A stretch of 58,018 nucleotides of DNA, counting the filler, from Gonapodya sp. JEL0774 (taxonomy: Eukaryota): NCBI GenBank assembly GCA_027604505.1. It is 5 parts of 5 records of this genome, joined end to end, with 100 filler letters (N's around TTAATTAATTAA, not from the genome) between each part and the next. Parts side by side here need not be neighbours in the genome. Positions count along the whole stretch, not along the records: positions 1 to 11,634 come from JADIIX010000354.1; 4 more parts are not named here. One strand, given 5' to 3'. Of this stretch, positions 1 to 11,734 are shown in pieces. The translations under genes and the position numbers were made by a program. Under the pieces are notes generated by a model that saw nothing but the letters and a program-made list of their open reading frames with translations, made no database searches and was not told the DNA's origin. Positions within the stretch are counted from its first letter, which is position 1. Every line of letters starts with the position of its first letter.

Positions 1-365
1 GTCCACCCCCTCAAAAGAAATTTCCACCCCCCAGGGGGGTGGGTCTGACAATGGGGGTGGAAAAAAAATTTGTGACAGCTCTTCTTGGACTGGGATGGGA
101 CCATGTATTTCTGCCAAAAAGTCATGTATACAAAGTGAGAAAAGTATATCAAGGGCCAATAAACAATACATAACTCACCACAACATCCCAATTGGGAACT
201 GTGCATGGCCCATACGGATTTGTGTTTGCCCATGAGCGATGCTAAGATCACCCCTTTCACCAGTTTAGCAGTGCTGGTGATGTGGATGTGACCATGTAGT
301 GGGTGACATTGTTGGTGGGGTTGAACAGTGTGCTGTCATCAGGAAGGTTGCTTTTGGAGGTGGGG

Positions 366-621
366 TGTGACCCCTGTAACAGTCACTACCGGAGAGTCAA
401 TGATAGACCATGACGGAGTGTGAATAGAAGCAGAAGCAATACAAAACACCTCACATTCTACCTATGACAGAGTGAACTCTATCAAACCTAAGAAAGAATC
501 TAATCCCTCAAACTAGGCTGACCCGGTGCATGCTGCGCCACATGACTCCTAAACACGTGACTAATCCCCAAACACCACCGCCAATCTAGCAGTAAGCTCT
601 ACAATGTCATCACAGGTGACA
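366..621 (-). repeat. 3' LTR of the chromovirus
   Basis: Direct repeat of 5309-5564 (about 32 mismatches in 256 bp by manual count). Termini are TGTCAC...GTCACA on the minus strand. Confidence 0.93.
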
Positions 622-625
622 ATAC

Positions 626-643
626 GCCACCCTCCCCCCTCTG
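626..643 (-). other. Polypurine tract (plus-strand primer) of the retrotransposon
   Basis: The minus strand reads a purine-rich tract (CAGAGGGGGGAGGGTGGC), ending a few bases before the 3' LTR. Confidence 0.8.
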
Positions 644-719
644 CAAAAAAAAGAACATGTGAACAACAATGAGACAAATTTGGCAACAAATCCTTCAGTG
701 ACACTGGATTTGGTTTGGT

Positions 720-880
720 CGGATATTCGGCATAGAAATCCCAAAGAGCATCCTTTGCACTCTCCAAACTCTGAATCGGCTCCCACAAACAATCTCCAGG
801 ACCATACACAACCCAATCGACAAGCCATTCAAAACAGCGTCCCACTTTCCATACATCGAGTATTGAGGCGACTTCAAATT
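720..880 (-). pseudogene. Chromodomain at the integrase C-terminus
   Basis: EFEVASILDVWKVGRCFEWLVDWVVYGPGDCLWEPIQSLESAKDALWDFYAEYP in ORF 561..962. Confidence 0.88.
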
Positions 881-907
881 CTGGGTCAGACAGATCGTTG
901 TACATTA

Positions 908-3900
908 TCAGCATAGGTGGAGGAAGCTTCCAATTGGGAATGTGGTGATGGTAGAGAGGCATGAAGAAACATCATGTATCCGAAATGTGTGAGGAAGCTT
1001 TGGATAATATGCCACTTTACCGATCTTGTCAACTATCTCGAAAGGGCCAATCTTCTTGAAATCCAACTTCTTTGACGGCTGATGAGACGACAAGTTCCGT
1101 GTTTGCAACCAAACTTTCTCCCCTTTTTTTTCTTGAATGGAGATTCCAATCTGTGACAATTCACATATTTGGCCATATCCTCCTGAGCTCTGTTCCTGTG
1201 TGCCCTGAGTTTTGCCATATTGTCATCCATCTTTTGAGCCATTTTCACTGCACTCAGGGGTGCATGAGTGGGTTGGACTTTGCTGAATTGATCGACGATG
1301 GGATGCTGCAGATTGTTTGCATAGAAGGGAGACATCCCAATTGAGTCCTGTCTTGCATTGTTATATGCGAACTCCGCGAGAGGCAGCAACTCTACCGAAT
1401 TGTCCTGCTTGTACGAGGTGAAACATCAAAGATAGGTTTCAACTACCTGGTTTATTTTCTCAGTTTGACTGTCAGACTGCGGATGAAACAACGAAGACAA
1501 GTGTCTTCTAACACACAGCAGTTCCCAGAGTGCTTTCCAGAAAGGAGAGACAAATTGCCGTCCGCAATCTGATACAATTTCAAAGGGAAGGCCACGATGC
1601 CAAAAAACGTGATTGACGGAGAGTTTGGCAGTCTCTTCAGCTGTGATAGATTCAGTACAAGGAATAGAGTGCAGACCCTTTGTACCGCGACAGATCCCAT
1701 TGAGAATGGAACTGTAAACGTTGCCTAAATCGTCTTCACACTTCTGCAATTTGACAACAAAGTAGAGTGAAACGTAAGCCCATGGTGCAGGCAGTATAGA
1801 GAGAGACTGAAGTTTGCCATATGGCTTGTGCCAGCCCACTTTTGCGTGTCGACAAATTTTGCAAGAGCGAACAAAAGTGTAATAAAATTGACCTGACCAG
1901 GCCACCAGTAACCTTTGCACTGCACCAGCTCCACTGTCTTCTCAACCCCAAGATGACCGGGCAGTCTTTGCGTTGTGTTGTGCCTGGACGATCTCGAGTT
2001 GCAGTTGTGGGTCCTCGATAAGTGTGAAACCAGACAGTGGAGTGACAATTGCACCAATCTATTCAGCAAAGTCTGGAGCAGTGGGGTTGAGAGTAGATCT
2101 CGATTGTTCATCAGTAGATTCAATCCCAGAGGAAGAATTCAGTGGCTTAGCAAAGTAACATTTTGAGTAGAAGATGATTGCGGCTCACCCAAGGAGTGAA
2201 CCAAACAGGGGGGTAGCCGAGTGTTTTTGGCAGTGGAAGGAGATTTGTGGCTGTGGAACCCCCCTGAGCAGCTCGGATCATCAATACTTGCATGAGGCAA
2301 TGCAGATGGTGGTGTATAAGGCGTCACGTAAGGCAGCTGAGGAAGAAAAAATTCCGTTGGTGGGAATAAAACTTGTTCCATCTGGCTAGCAAGATCTTTT
2401 TGCGAAGGCATGTAACTTGGATTCCTCGAAAGATAATCCGTGAAGACATTCAACTTTCCAGGGACATGTTGAATTCAGCTAGATCTTCCGCCCAACGTGC
2501 TTGATGTGGGGTCAACAGTTGCTTTGTGGAGAAATAGATGAGATTATTGTGATCTGTACATAACCAAAACTTGTTAGAAGTGTTGGACAAAAAATGCTGC
2601 CAGTGACGGAATGATTCTACCACAACTTCCAACTCCTTATCTGGTGTATGGTACTTGAGCTCTGCCAGTTGAAGTTTCTGACTCCAAAACTCTACTGCAT
2701 AAAGCTGATTATCCAGAGGATCACATTGAGTCAGAACTGCACCGAATCCAAAGTTGCATGCATCCATGTACACAGTAGTTGGTCGAGACTTGCTATGAGG
2801 CCTCAAGACTGGCTCTAAGGTTATCAAGCCCTTCACGTGCTGATACGCCGATTCTTGCTCTTCTCCCCAATGCCACTTCACGTTTTTGCTCACAAGTTGC
2901 TGTAGTGGACAAACAACTTTGGCGTAGTGCGGGATGTAATGAGCAAACCAGTTAGTGCGTCCAAGAAAAGATTGCATACTCTTGATGTTAACCAGATAAC
3001 CCAGCTTGTTTACTTCAATCACCTTGTCATTGGTTGGCGTTATCCCATCTTGTCCAATGATATTGCCACCAAATACAATTGCGTGCAGATCTTCCTGTGA
3101 AGGATTGACACGTATTTGTCTGTACATCTTCCGGAAGTGCAGTTTTGTGTAATACGTTGCGCCAGCCGCTTTCTATTTGATGTCGTGCAAATTGGCAAGG
3201 TGTCACCATCCCATAAAATGCAATCGTTTTTTCCGCGCATATCCAAGATCACCCGAATTTTCCTGTGTTGTATAACGGTAAACATTGGTGCAGCAGTAGT
3301 TGAATCAGAGCCTTCAATTTTACCCACCTTTAGGTATTGATCCACAAAATTATGCATTTCAGGCACCGATTCTGCACTCTGATTATAGCATTTGCGAGTA
3401 CGAGGAAAAGATTTTGTAGGATTGAGTTTGACCGTGAAGAGGGGAGAGCAAGTCAATGCCCGCCGGATCAAAAAGGGAAGCAAACTTGGTGTAAACAGAG
3501 GGGATGTGATTTGGGAGTTTAAAGAGTGAATCAACAGAAACAGGCGGAGACGTTTGTAGACCACAGCAGGGGGACTGATGAGGTCCCCCAGTGTTTTCAC
3601 CACTTATTCCAAATTTTTGAAAACCTGAGGAGAAAGAGTTGTTGTCCACCAGTTGACGATGGGATTATGGTTTTGCAACCATGGTAAACTGATCAACATA
3701 TCCCTGTCCCCGACGTTGTAGATGTGAAACCAAATACTGTTTCATTTTTGATCGTTTATTGTGCATGGAATTGATGCGATGTGGTGCGTGAGCATTCTGG
3801 AGGGTAAATTGTTTACAAGTTCCACAGGGATATGCGAAGACAATGGGAAAATCAAAATGTTATTCAGATCTACAAGTTTCGGATGCATAAGTGCAAAAAC

Positions 3901-3960
3901 AGAGGAACTGTTATCGAGGAAGCTAAGCTTTTTCTAGAAGAAATCAAACAATCAATGAGG
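908..3960 (-). pseudogene. Retrotransposon pol remnants (protease, RT, RNase H, integrase)
   Basis: ORF fragments 3040..3603 (RT N-part), 2450..3127 (RT thumb and RNase H), 1426..2123 (integrase HHCC and core) and 908..1389 (LPLAEFAYNN, GPFEIV motifs). The frame is broken repeatedly. Confidence 0.92.
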
Positions 3961-5308
3961 GAGAACAATATGCAGAGTGGGAAACTGAGTGAAGGAAGTG
4001 CTGAAGAGATTGCTGAGAGCACAGCGCACTGAGCATGCTCCCTGGAGAGGTTTCAGGTCCCCAGGGTCTATTGAAAATCCGCCTCTCTGATCGAGGAGCC
4101 TTCGAGCCGGCTGTGGCCGTGTGAACAACAAGGGCACCAATCATCTCTTTTCCTTCTGATACAATCCGGGATTTGCCTTAATCCAATAGCAATCGCTTGT
4201 ATTGTGAGTTGTGGTCTTTTCACTGAACCTCAAATGATGATCACAAAACAGTTCAGTTTTTTGAGATGAGGCAAAAGATGCAGGTTTGACAAAAAGACCA
4301 GGGGCCACTGTCTCTGTAGGGAACTTTGATGAATCTTGAGCAAGGAAATCTTCTTACAGTTCCACTCAATGTCGTTGTGATCCCTGTCAGTGGCCAACGA
4401 GACGGATTTGCGTATGTCAAATGGAACCCCAATAAAAAAGGTATTGAATGAGAGAACTTCAATCCGTGATCTTTGCTTTGGCCAATTACTGTTCAAGAGT
4501 GAGTCTATACTTTGCCAATGTCCGTTCGCGCTTCCAAACCAACGATTGAAGTGCAGAACGAGCGTGTTCCTTCAAAAGGATTTGTGAAGACCTTTTCAAA
4601 TTCCATAGCTTTAGTGGGAGAAGTATGGTCAAGAGAGTAGTGAGAATACCACTCCAACAGGTTGTCCTCAAGAAGCAAAGGGAAGAAAGATATCTTTTTT
4701 GCAGAGGTGTTGAGAGATGTAGCGTAGAAATTGAAACAGTGCGAAGTTGTGAGTGTCCTTCCCGGCATTTAGGCTTCAGGTGCCAGTCGACTAAACTTCC
4801 CAGAGCCCGATCCATTGTCCATCACATTGTTGTGAGTGGAGTGACAACTTTGAACGTGTCTGTGGGTACAACTGGTTTGTCATCAATGTCAAGAAGACTC
4901 AAGTTTCCATCCGCCGTTGGTAGAATTGGGCTTAGAACAGGTTCACGTTGAGAGACAAAACAACCTTTAGTGGCACAGGTGGGAGCACTCCTCATAGTTG
5001 ACATAGAAGTGCGTGGGAAGGTGAGTAGTGACGTGAACATATGTAAGAAAATTCGGAAAAAAGACTGACGGAGACAGCAGAACCGACAATATCAATCCAG
5101 AAGAATACAGAGAAGGGCATGAGAGAGAATGCAAGTATGGAAGGGAGAGTTTGTCAAGAAGTGATGGAAGTGGAGGAGCAGGAGAGCAGAGGAACTCAAT
5201 CGTGATGTGAGACAATGGGACGATACCGAACCTGAGAGAGATACCCCTGGAAGTGCGTGAGATGGTACCAGACCGTTTGCAAACCAGCTTGGAGGATAAA
5301 GTTCACAG

Positions 5309-5564
5309 TGTGACCTGTCTAAGGATCACTACCAGGGAGTCACAGATAGACTATGACGGAGTGTGAATAGAAGCAGAAGCAATACAAAACACCTTGCGTC
5401 CTACTTATGATGGAATGAACTCTATCAAACCTAAGAAAGAATCTAATCCCTCAAACTAGTCTGACCCAGTGCGTGCTGCGCCACATGACCCCTAAACATG
5501 TGACTAATCCCCAAACACCACCACTGATCTAGTGGTAAGCTCTACAATATCATCAATGGTGACA
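5309..5564 (-). repeat. 5' LTR of the chromovirus
   Basis: Direct repeat of 366-621. A putative primer-binding site follows it on the minus strand at 5295-5306. Confidence 0.93.
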
Positions 5565-8500
5565 CGAGGGGTGGACAGTGGCAGAGGTTGGTGCACTGGC
5601 AGTCTGGTAGTCAGACTTCTTACCAGCAAACTTGGCCATGTTGATTTCCTGATAAATGTGTTTCAGTTATGCATGATAGTACAAAGGAACTGGCATCTTA
5701 CCTCAATGAGTACTGTGCCTTGCCTCAGAACCTTGATCAGTGCAATCAGACAGAGACCACAAAGCTTTGCTTGTAACTTGTGCCAACAACTTCAGGAATG
5801 TTACTGGGTCAGTATATTGAAGCAACTACCTACATACAACACTCACTGGTCTATATTTGTCTACATAGTCAGGATTTGGGAAATCGATTGTGAAAAACAA
5901 TTGAGTGGCACCTTCTCGCATCGCAAGTGCCATAAGAGCTGCCTCTAATGGATTGGGTTCCGTGACTTATGTGGTAGGGAGGGTGAGGGGCTTTTGGAGC
6001 TTACAACTCTCATGTTGTTTAGAAACAACACATGTTAGCAAATTTACTGAGTAAATAAACCTAAATAAAACTGTTCACTTACCTTTTGTTTCAGGGTAGC
6101 CTCAGCGTCTCCCTTGGAGGATTTCAAACCGCCTCGAGGATTGTCGTCTTCATTGGTGTCAGCATGCATGTTAGTAATGTTCAGATAGACATCAACAGGT
6201 CATGACATCTTTGGGGTCAATATCAGTGGGGGGCAAATCTGCAGACACCGAGGCCTTGCCTTGTGCTGTGCGACACGGTTTGGGTGAAGGGATGCATTGC
6301 AAGGTAGGGAGGACTCTTGAGTTGGATGGTGGACAGTGATGCATTGTGTTAGCACATTGCTGCAGAATTGGGCAGATAAGATGTACCTTTCTCCTTTCCT
6401 GTGCCACTTGTGGAACCTTGAGGGGCAATTTTGAGCGTAGTGGCGTATGGCCAGCTGATGGGTGACTTTGTTCTGAGAATGTGGTTGTAAGGAGAAAATC
6501 AATTGAATGAAGAGATAGGACGTTGTAACACAATCTACAATCAAACTCACTTGGGATTATCAACTCGCAGGCATGGGCCCTTTTCTTATCTGTCCATCCC
6601 TGAGTGGCATTCATGTCATTCACACCATTGATTAATGGGAGTGTAGACTTCCCCCCATTGTTTTGCCAATTCCTTGACCTCCATCAACGTCACAGTTTTT
6701 GGTAGTACAGCAAGATGTTGGAGAAATGTTTCCTGGGGAGACTGCAATGAATTTAAGTTGTATTAATACTGCAATGCCAACAAGCGTAGTCTGAAATATT
6801 TCTTGATTCTGCCCCCAGGTGTCTTTAATCGGACCCCGGGTGTCTTCTTCATGACCCTGAGTGTCTTCTTTCTGACGCGGCTAAATAATGACTTTATTCC
6901 GACCCAGTGCTGATCGACTTTTTCCTGACCCCTGCAAATACTATTTTCTGACAAACTTTGAGCAATGTCTCTATCTTGCCCAGAAACCTCCATACTCTAC
7001 TTTGGCAGGCCAGGAGCACGGGAAAGAGTCTCCAACGCTGTCAGCCAACAGAGTAAGTGGAATTTGCTGGATTTACTGACCCTCACAATGCTTTCCATGT
7101 GAAACTCCCAATACAAAACTCAACATTCGTAGCATCCTACATTACAGACAGTACACCACTGACAATGTGAAACTATACTAGAATTGTATTCATAAAATCA
7201 CACTTCTGTTTTGTTTCTAAGGCACGAGTCAATAGTTCGGAGGGTGATTCTACTGTCTACACTCAGCATGTGCCCTCAGTGATGCAGTACAGCACATTGG
7301 CGTAGTTTTGTGTCCTATTTATCACACCCGGTGCAAACCTTGGTGTTGGTGAGGGCTGGTGGACACTTGGATTTTGGTGAATGCTGCGTTAAGCGTTTTG
7401 AGCGTGTATTCCCCAAAACCGCACCTTCCTAGGCCCAGAGCTCCCCCTTCCCTACAACATTGGGCTCACTTCAAGACTTGAGAAAAGTACATTGTGCTTG
7501 ATGCTTCCCAGTAGGCGTGATAATGTGGCAGTTAGCTCCGAGCGCAGGTGACAGGAATGGAGTCTGGGGTGCGGGTGTTACGCAAACGCATTCTGTTGAT
7601 GCAGGTGGCCCTAAAGATAGAGGCCTTCATTACATTGCAAGGATGGGGTTTCACAATCCGCAGTCCCTGTTTTTATTAAAATCCTGAGCGGATGCACCTG
7701 AAGACACAACTTGCACGCCGAGCACCGTATCACCACTCATGGGAGACCGCATCATGCTCATTCTGCGAGCTTCCATCAGACCCAGGATCACGTCCGCGTT
7801 TCATTTTGCCTGCTGCTACTCAAAGCTCTAGGTCGTAAGTGTTCCAGAGGCAAAAGCCCTATGTCAGTCTTCATGCCCGCACTGATTCCCAGAAAGCGCT
7901 TGTATTTCTGATTAAGCAGGATTCTGATGTCAAATTTAGTATGTGGATCTCTGTGATTTGACGTTGGAATCCTGACTGATTGTGCGTAATGTCGTACAGG
8001 CTGATGGATCACGGAACTCAAACACACCAAAATGTTCTCAAACATGCAACCGCTTAGGGTGGAATACATGCCGTCTGCATGTTAGTGCATGAAAATTATG
8101 CCAGCTTGAAGATATTGCTCAAGGAGCAAATAGGAGCAAGCTGCTCTGTTCCACAACAGAAAGCACGACCAGTAATACTGAATTTTGGGAGTATTGCTTA
8201 CTGAAGTTGTAGTAACAGAAGTTTTGGACAAGCAAAGTGTTCATTTGGGTGCGGCAAGCAGGCCTTGTGCACGAATACCACAGTTCTCCTTCACCACTGA
8301 GAGACCAGACTCTCCTGGTCGATTCGGGGAATCACCCAAATTCAAGGTCAGATGCAAGATGGAATGATCGTCACATCACATCAACTCTCGCTAAAAAAAT
8401 GATGCCGACCTTTTTGGTCGCGTTCTTTTTCCAGCAGGAAAAAGGTCCTTCCTTGTCATTGACACACAACAGAATGCGCAAACCCAGATTGACATCCACG

Positions 8501-9651
8501 GCCAAAACACAATCAGATGGTCTCTCTAATCAGTGTGAGGGAGGACAGTTCCAATGGAGTCAAAGCAAAGGTTTGGACACTGGAAGCCACAAGGGGGCGA
8601 TGATTCAGTTGTCTTTCTTGCTCCAATTAATAGATTTTGTTCCAGAGAATACTTTTTCTATGTTCTATATCTTGAGGACTCTGTTGCTGTGGATAACTGG
8701 GTCTCTCTAGTTGAAGGTACCAGTGCTCTGTGCTTGCTGCTTGGCAAGTGTTGTTTTATATTCTCAACTGTTCATCCCCTCCACCATCATAATATTTATA
8801 CATCTGACATAATTGAAATGTTGAAAGCCAATGAACAGTTATCCGGTAAGATTTACATTACGTCACCCAGCAATCTCCAGGTCTTAAATTATTGCTGGGG
8901 GGATTGCAGAGCTTTTTACTCAGCCCCTAGATATGCTTGAAAAAGATGGTTTGTGCAGCACATCAAATATTGAGAACAGATTAGGGTGACATTCATTATC
9001 TTGCTTGAACTCTCAACTTCCTGAATATGGAATATGAAGAAGCCAGCTTCTCAACCATACCAACTATTAAAGTTGATTCACCAAAAAGAGACTACAAAAC
9101 ACTGGTAAGAGAACGTCCTTAATTCTTACCTTCCAAGTAGACATATTTAAAGCTCAAAATATTGGTGATTGCTTCATAGACACAGCCAGAATTGTTGTTT
9201 TGGAAAAACAAAAGCTTGAGGAAGTTTATCTGCAAAACAATTCCAACCTTTGTCTCTGATACTTCAAATGGCAAAAAGCCAATAATAGGAATCAAATCCC
9301 TTTATGCCCAATTCATGGTGTAAGAAGGTGTCACTTGCATCCAGTGGATTGAAGTTGACAGTTTGTTCTTCTTACTCAGTCAGAATAAGAAGGCATTTAA
9401 ATCTGCTGGTTTACTGCAACAGAAGCAGCTTATTCTGAAAGCTGAAAGATTGTGGGCTAATAAGTGCGCAAGGCTGCAGCTGTGGCATCATTCCATGATC
9501 TAATGCTAAATGCACATGTAGATTCTCCAAGAGACTTCAGATCTGTAGCTTGCTGTGTTTACAGCCAATCAATGATTGGAATAAAATCTAGGGTCACTGG
9601 TAGGTAACTTATTTTTCGCAACATGCAACAAATCAGATTCTAGTGTGGATT

Positions 9652-10985
9652 TGCGCCATGACGAGCCGAGCTCGAGCTGAACATCAGACATAAAAAGCTC
9701 TTCTAAGCGAGCCACCGAGCCTCGAGCTTGAGCCTCTCCTGAAGCCTCGAGCATCTTTCGAGCATCTCGCAATTTTTACAGTTTCAGCCAAGAATATCAG
9801 TTGTAGTCCTATTCAAGTTACAAAGTAGAGACTTATCAATGCGAATTATTGACTGGTGATGTCCAATGGGACTCTGATTTGAATGATATTTGAAAAACTG
9901 GGTATGCGAACCATTATCTAGCGCTCGCGGCTCACTGTATGGGGCACACAGAACACACCTCAACCTCAAAAATATATTAAAATTGAATTTGGTTCATTAT
10001 ACAGTGAAGCGTGCTGATTTCATATGTATCTACAGTTCAGGGGTTGTGAACAGTAAATATGACACAATTTCCTCTTGAGGGCCACCAACCACTGATGTTC
10101 AACCACACAGGCTGCACGTCTCTTAGTTGCTGGTGCTCTTGAGCGAGAATACAAACGCAAACCGGAGTCCCCGGCACAGAAAGTCCCCACAATGATTTTG
10201 AACACCATATGCATTCACCTTCACCAAGCCCCATTGACTCCACAGTGTCCACCACCCACTCAGAACATGTTTTCATTGCGTTCGACATTTTCGATTCATT
10301 TTAGGAGGGAACAGATCTCGAAATTGGTGGAGAAGTTGGTGGAGAAGTTGGTGGAGAAGTTGGTGTGAGAGATCAGAATGTTGTTGACTGCGAGGTTTGA
10401 CGCAAACGTCAATTTGTCTAAATAGCAGTAGCGGCTGAATCGACTATATTGGGATGATTGGAATCTGCAATTTCTGACTGGTTGGAGAAGAACTGCGTCT
10501 AGTACAAGCGATTCAGCATTGCAACAGTATCCGAGAACACTCACACGGACCCAGATCTGCCCCATCCAAATATCTGCCATTTTTCCATCGTTCACATATC
10601 ATGATGTAGTCCGAGACAAACGAGAGGGCTGGAAGCCCCGCATCAATCTTCCGTTCGCCCAGTCCAGTGACGGGCGGGGTCTGACATCGGACCTCGCCAA
10701 TCAACCCCTCCAGTCCATCACGCATCCAATCCATAACTTTCATTGATTTCGCCATGTTTTATTGGTAAGAGGATGGCTGGGGGGGTGAATTGGGTATTTT
10801 TGTGTGTGGGCCGTGGTCGAGCATTGCTCGCTGCACCTCAGTGATCGAGTTCGAGCACCCAAATGCTCGAGTTCGGCTCGTATTCGAGTACAAAAAGTTC
10901 GCTACCTAAAACTACTGCTCGAGATCGGGTTCGGCTCGCCGAACATCGAGCGAACTCGATCTTTTGAACTGCTCGTCATGGCGCA
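9652..10985. mobile_element. Putative non-autonomous inverted-repeat element
   Basis: Perfect 15-bp inverted repeat, TGCGCCATGACGAGC (9652-9666) and GCTCGTCATGGCGCA (10971-10985). (C)TCGAGC-rich clusters lie just inside both ends. No target-site duplication or transposase was seen. Confidence 0.4.
10324..10364 (+). repeat. 12-bp tandem repeat (TTGGTGGAGAAG) x about 3.4
   Basis: Direct reading of the sequence. Confidence 0.85.
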
Positions 10986-11537
10986 GAGCGACGTTCGAAG
11001 AGTGTCCACAGCACTTTAAAAAACTCATCCACTTTGAAACAGAAGCAGAACCAGCTCCAAACAGCACGAGTACAAAGAGGGAGGAAGAGCGCAGTTTCAT
11101 CTCGCATGGGATAAAGTGCAAAAACTTGTACAGGAGAATCACGTGCCACTTCGGTTTGTCAGGAGCAAGCGCAGCTCGCTCCAATCAAACTGGACACTTC
11201 AAGGTCATGAGCAACTGAGCGGCAGCAAGGCTGGATGAAATTGAGTCTGCCCGTTGGGGAAAGGCGCGGAAGCGGAACGGTCAGCAATGGGACAACGTCC
11301 CGCAGAGGTGAAGACATCCAAATCAGACAGCCAAGAGGACCGATAAAAAAACAGAGAAGAGGAATTACAATGATTCAGGCGTGATCGCGACGACGATTGG
11401 AAGGGGAAAACGTCAAAATTCGTGTTTCGGTACATGGCTTGGCTTGGTTGAAAGGCAGAGGAACAGCCATGTTCTTCGGAGTCGTTTTATCTATGATACT
11501 TTATATATATCAAATAAAAAGTACTTCCAAGCAATAA

Positions 11538-11608
11538 GCGCTAATAGTCCAACGGTAGGATATTTGCCTTCCAAGCAAAAGGTTCGGGTTCGATTCCCGA
11601 TTGGCGCA
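11538..11608 (+). tRNA. tRNA-Gly: tRNA-Gly (anticodon TCC), intronless
   Basis: Acceptor stem GCGCTAA/TTGGCGC with discriminator A, D arm GTCC-AACGGTA-GGAT, anticodon arm TTTGC-CTTCCAA-GCAAA, T arm TCGGG-TTCGATT-CCCGA. Confidence 0.95.
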
Positions 11609-11634
11609 ACCAACAAAGGGGAGTGGTCTCCACA

Positions 11635-11734
11635 NNNNNNNNNNNNNNNNNNNNNNNNNNNNNNNNNNNNNNNNNNNNTTAATTAATTAANNNNNNNNNN
11701 NNNNNNNNNNNNNNNNNNNNNNNNNNNNNNNNNN
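11635..11734. other. Artificial contig linker N44-TTAATTAATTAA-N44
   Basis: The same 100-bp six-frame-stop linker occurs four times in the window. Confidence 0.97.

Larger units (their letters stand above)
366..5564 (-). mobile_element. Ty3/Gypsy chromodomain-bearing LTR retrotransposon (chromovirus), full span but decayed
   Basis: Two 256-bp direct repeats with TG...CA ends. The minus strand carries gag-like, protease (LPWLQNHNPIVNW), RT, RNase H (VYMDAC..GAVLTQ, DKEL, TDHNNL), integrase (HLGVEKT, CKIC, IVSD.GRQF, HPQSDSQTE) and chromodomain (FEVASIL..WLVDW..Y...WEP) fragments in Gypsy order, with many stops and frameshifts. Confidence 0.95.

Noticed and set aside
10324..10364. Short repeats as a CRISPR-like array
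   Set aside because: Head-to-tail 12-mers without spacers in eukaryotic DNA, with no cas genes.
11609..11612. ACCA after the tRNA suggesting an encoded CCA (bacterial or organellar origin)
   Set aside because: It is offset by one base from the discriminator, and the body resembles eukaryotic nuclear tRNA-Gly(TCC).
11679..11690. TTAATTAATTAA recurring about every 11.6 kb as a possible regulatory or periodic element
   Set aside because: It is always embedded in N44 padding and is a synthetic six-frame stop linker.
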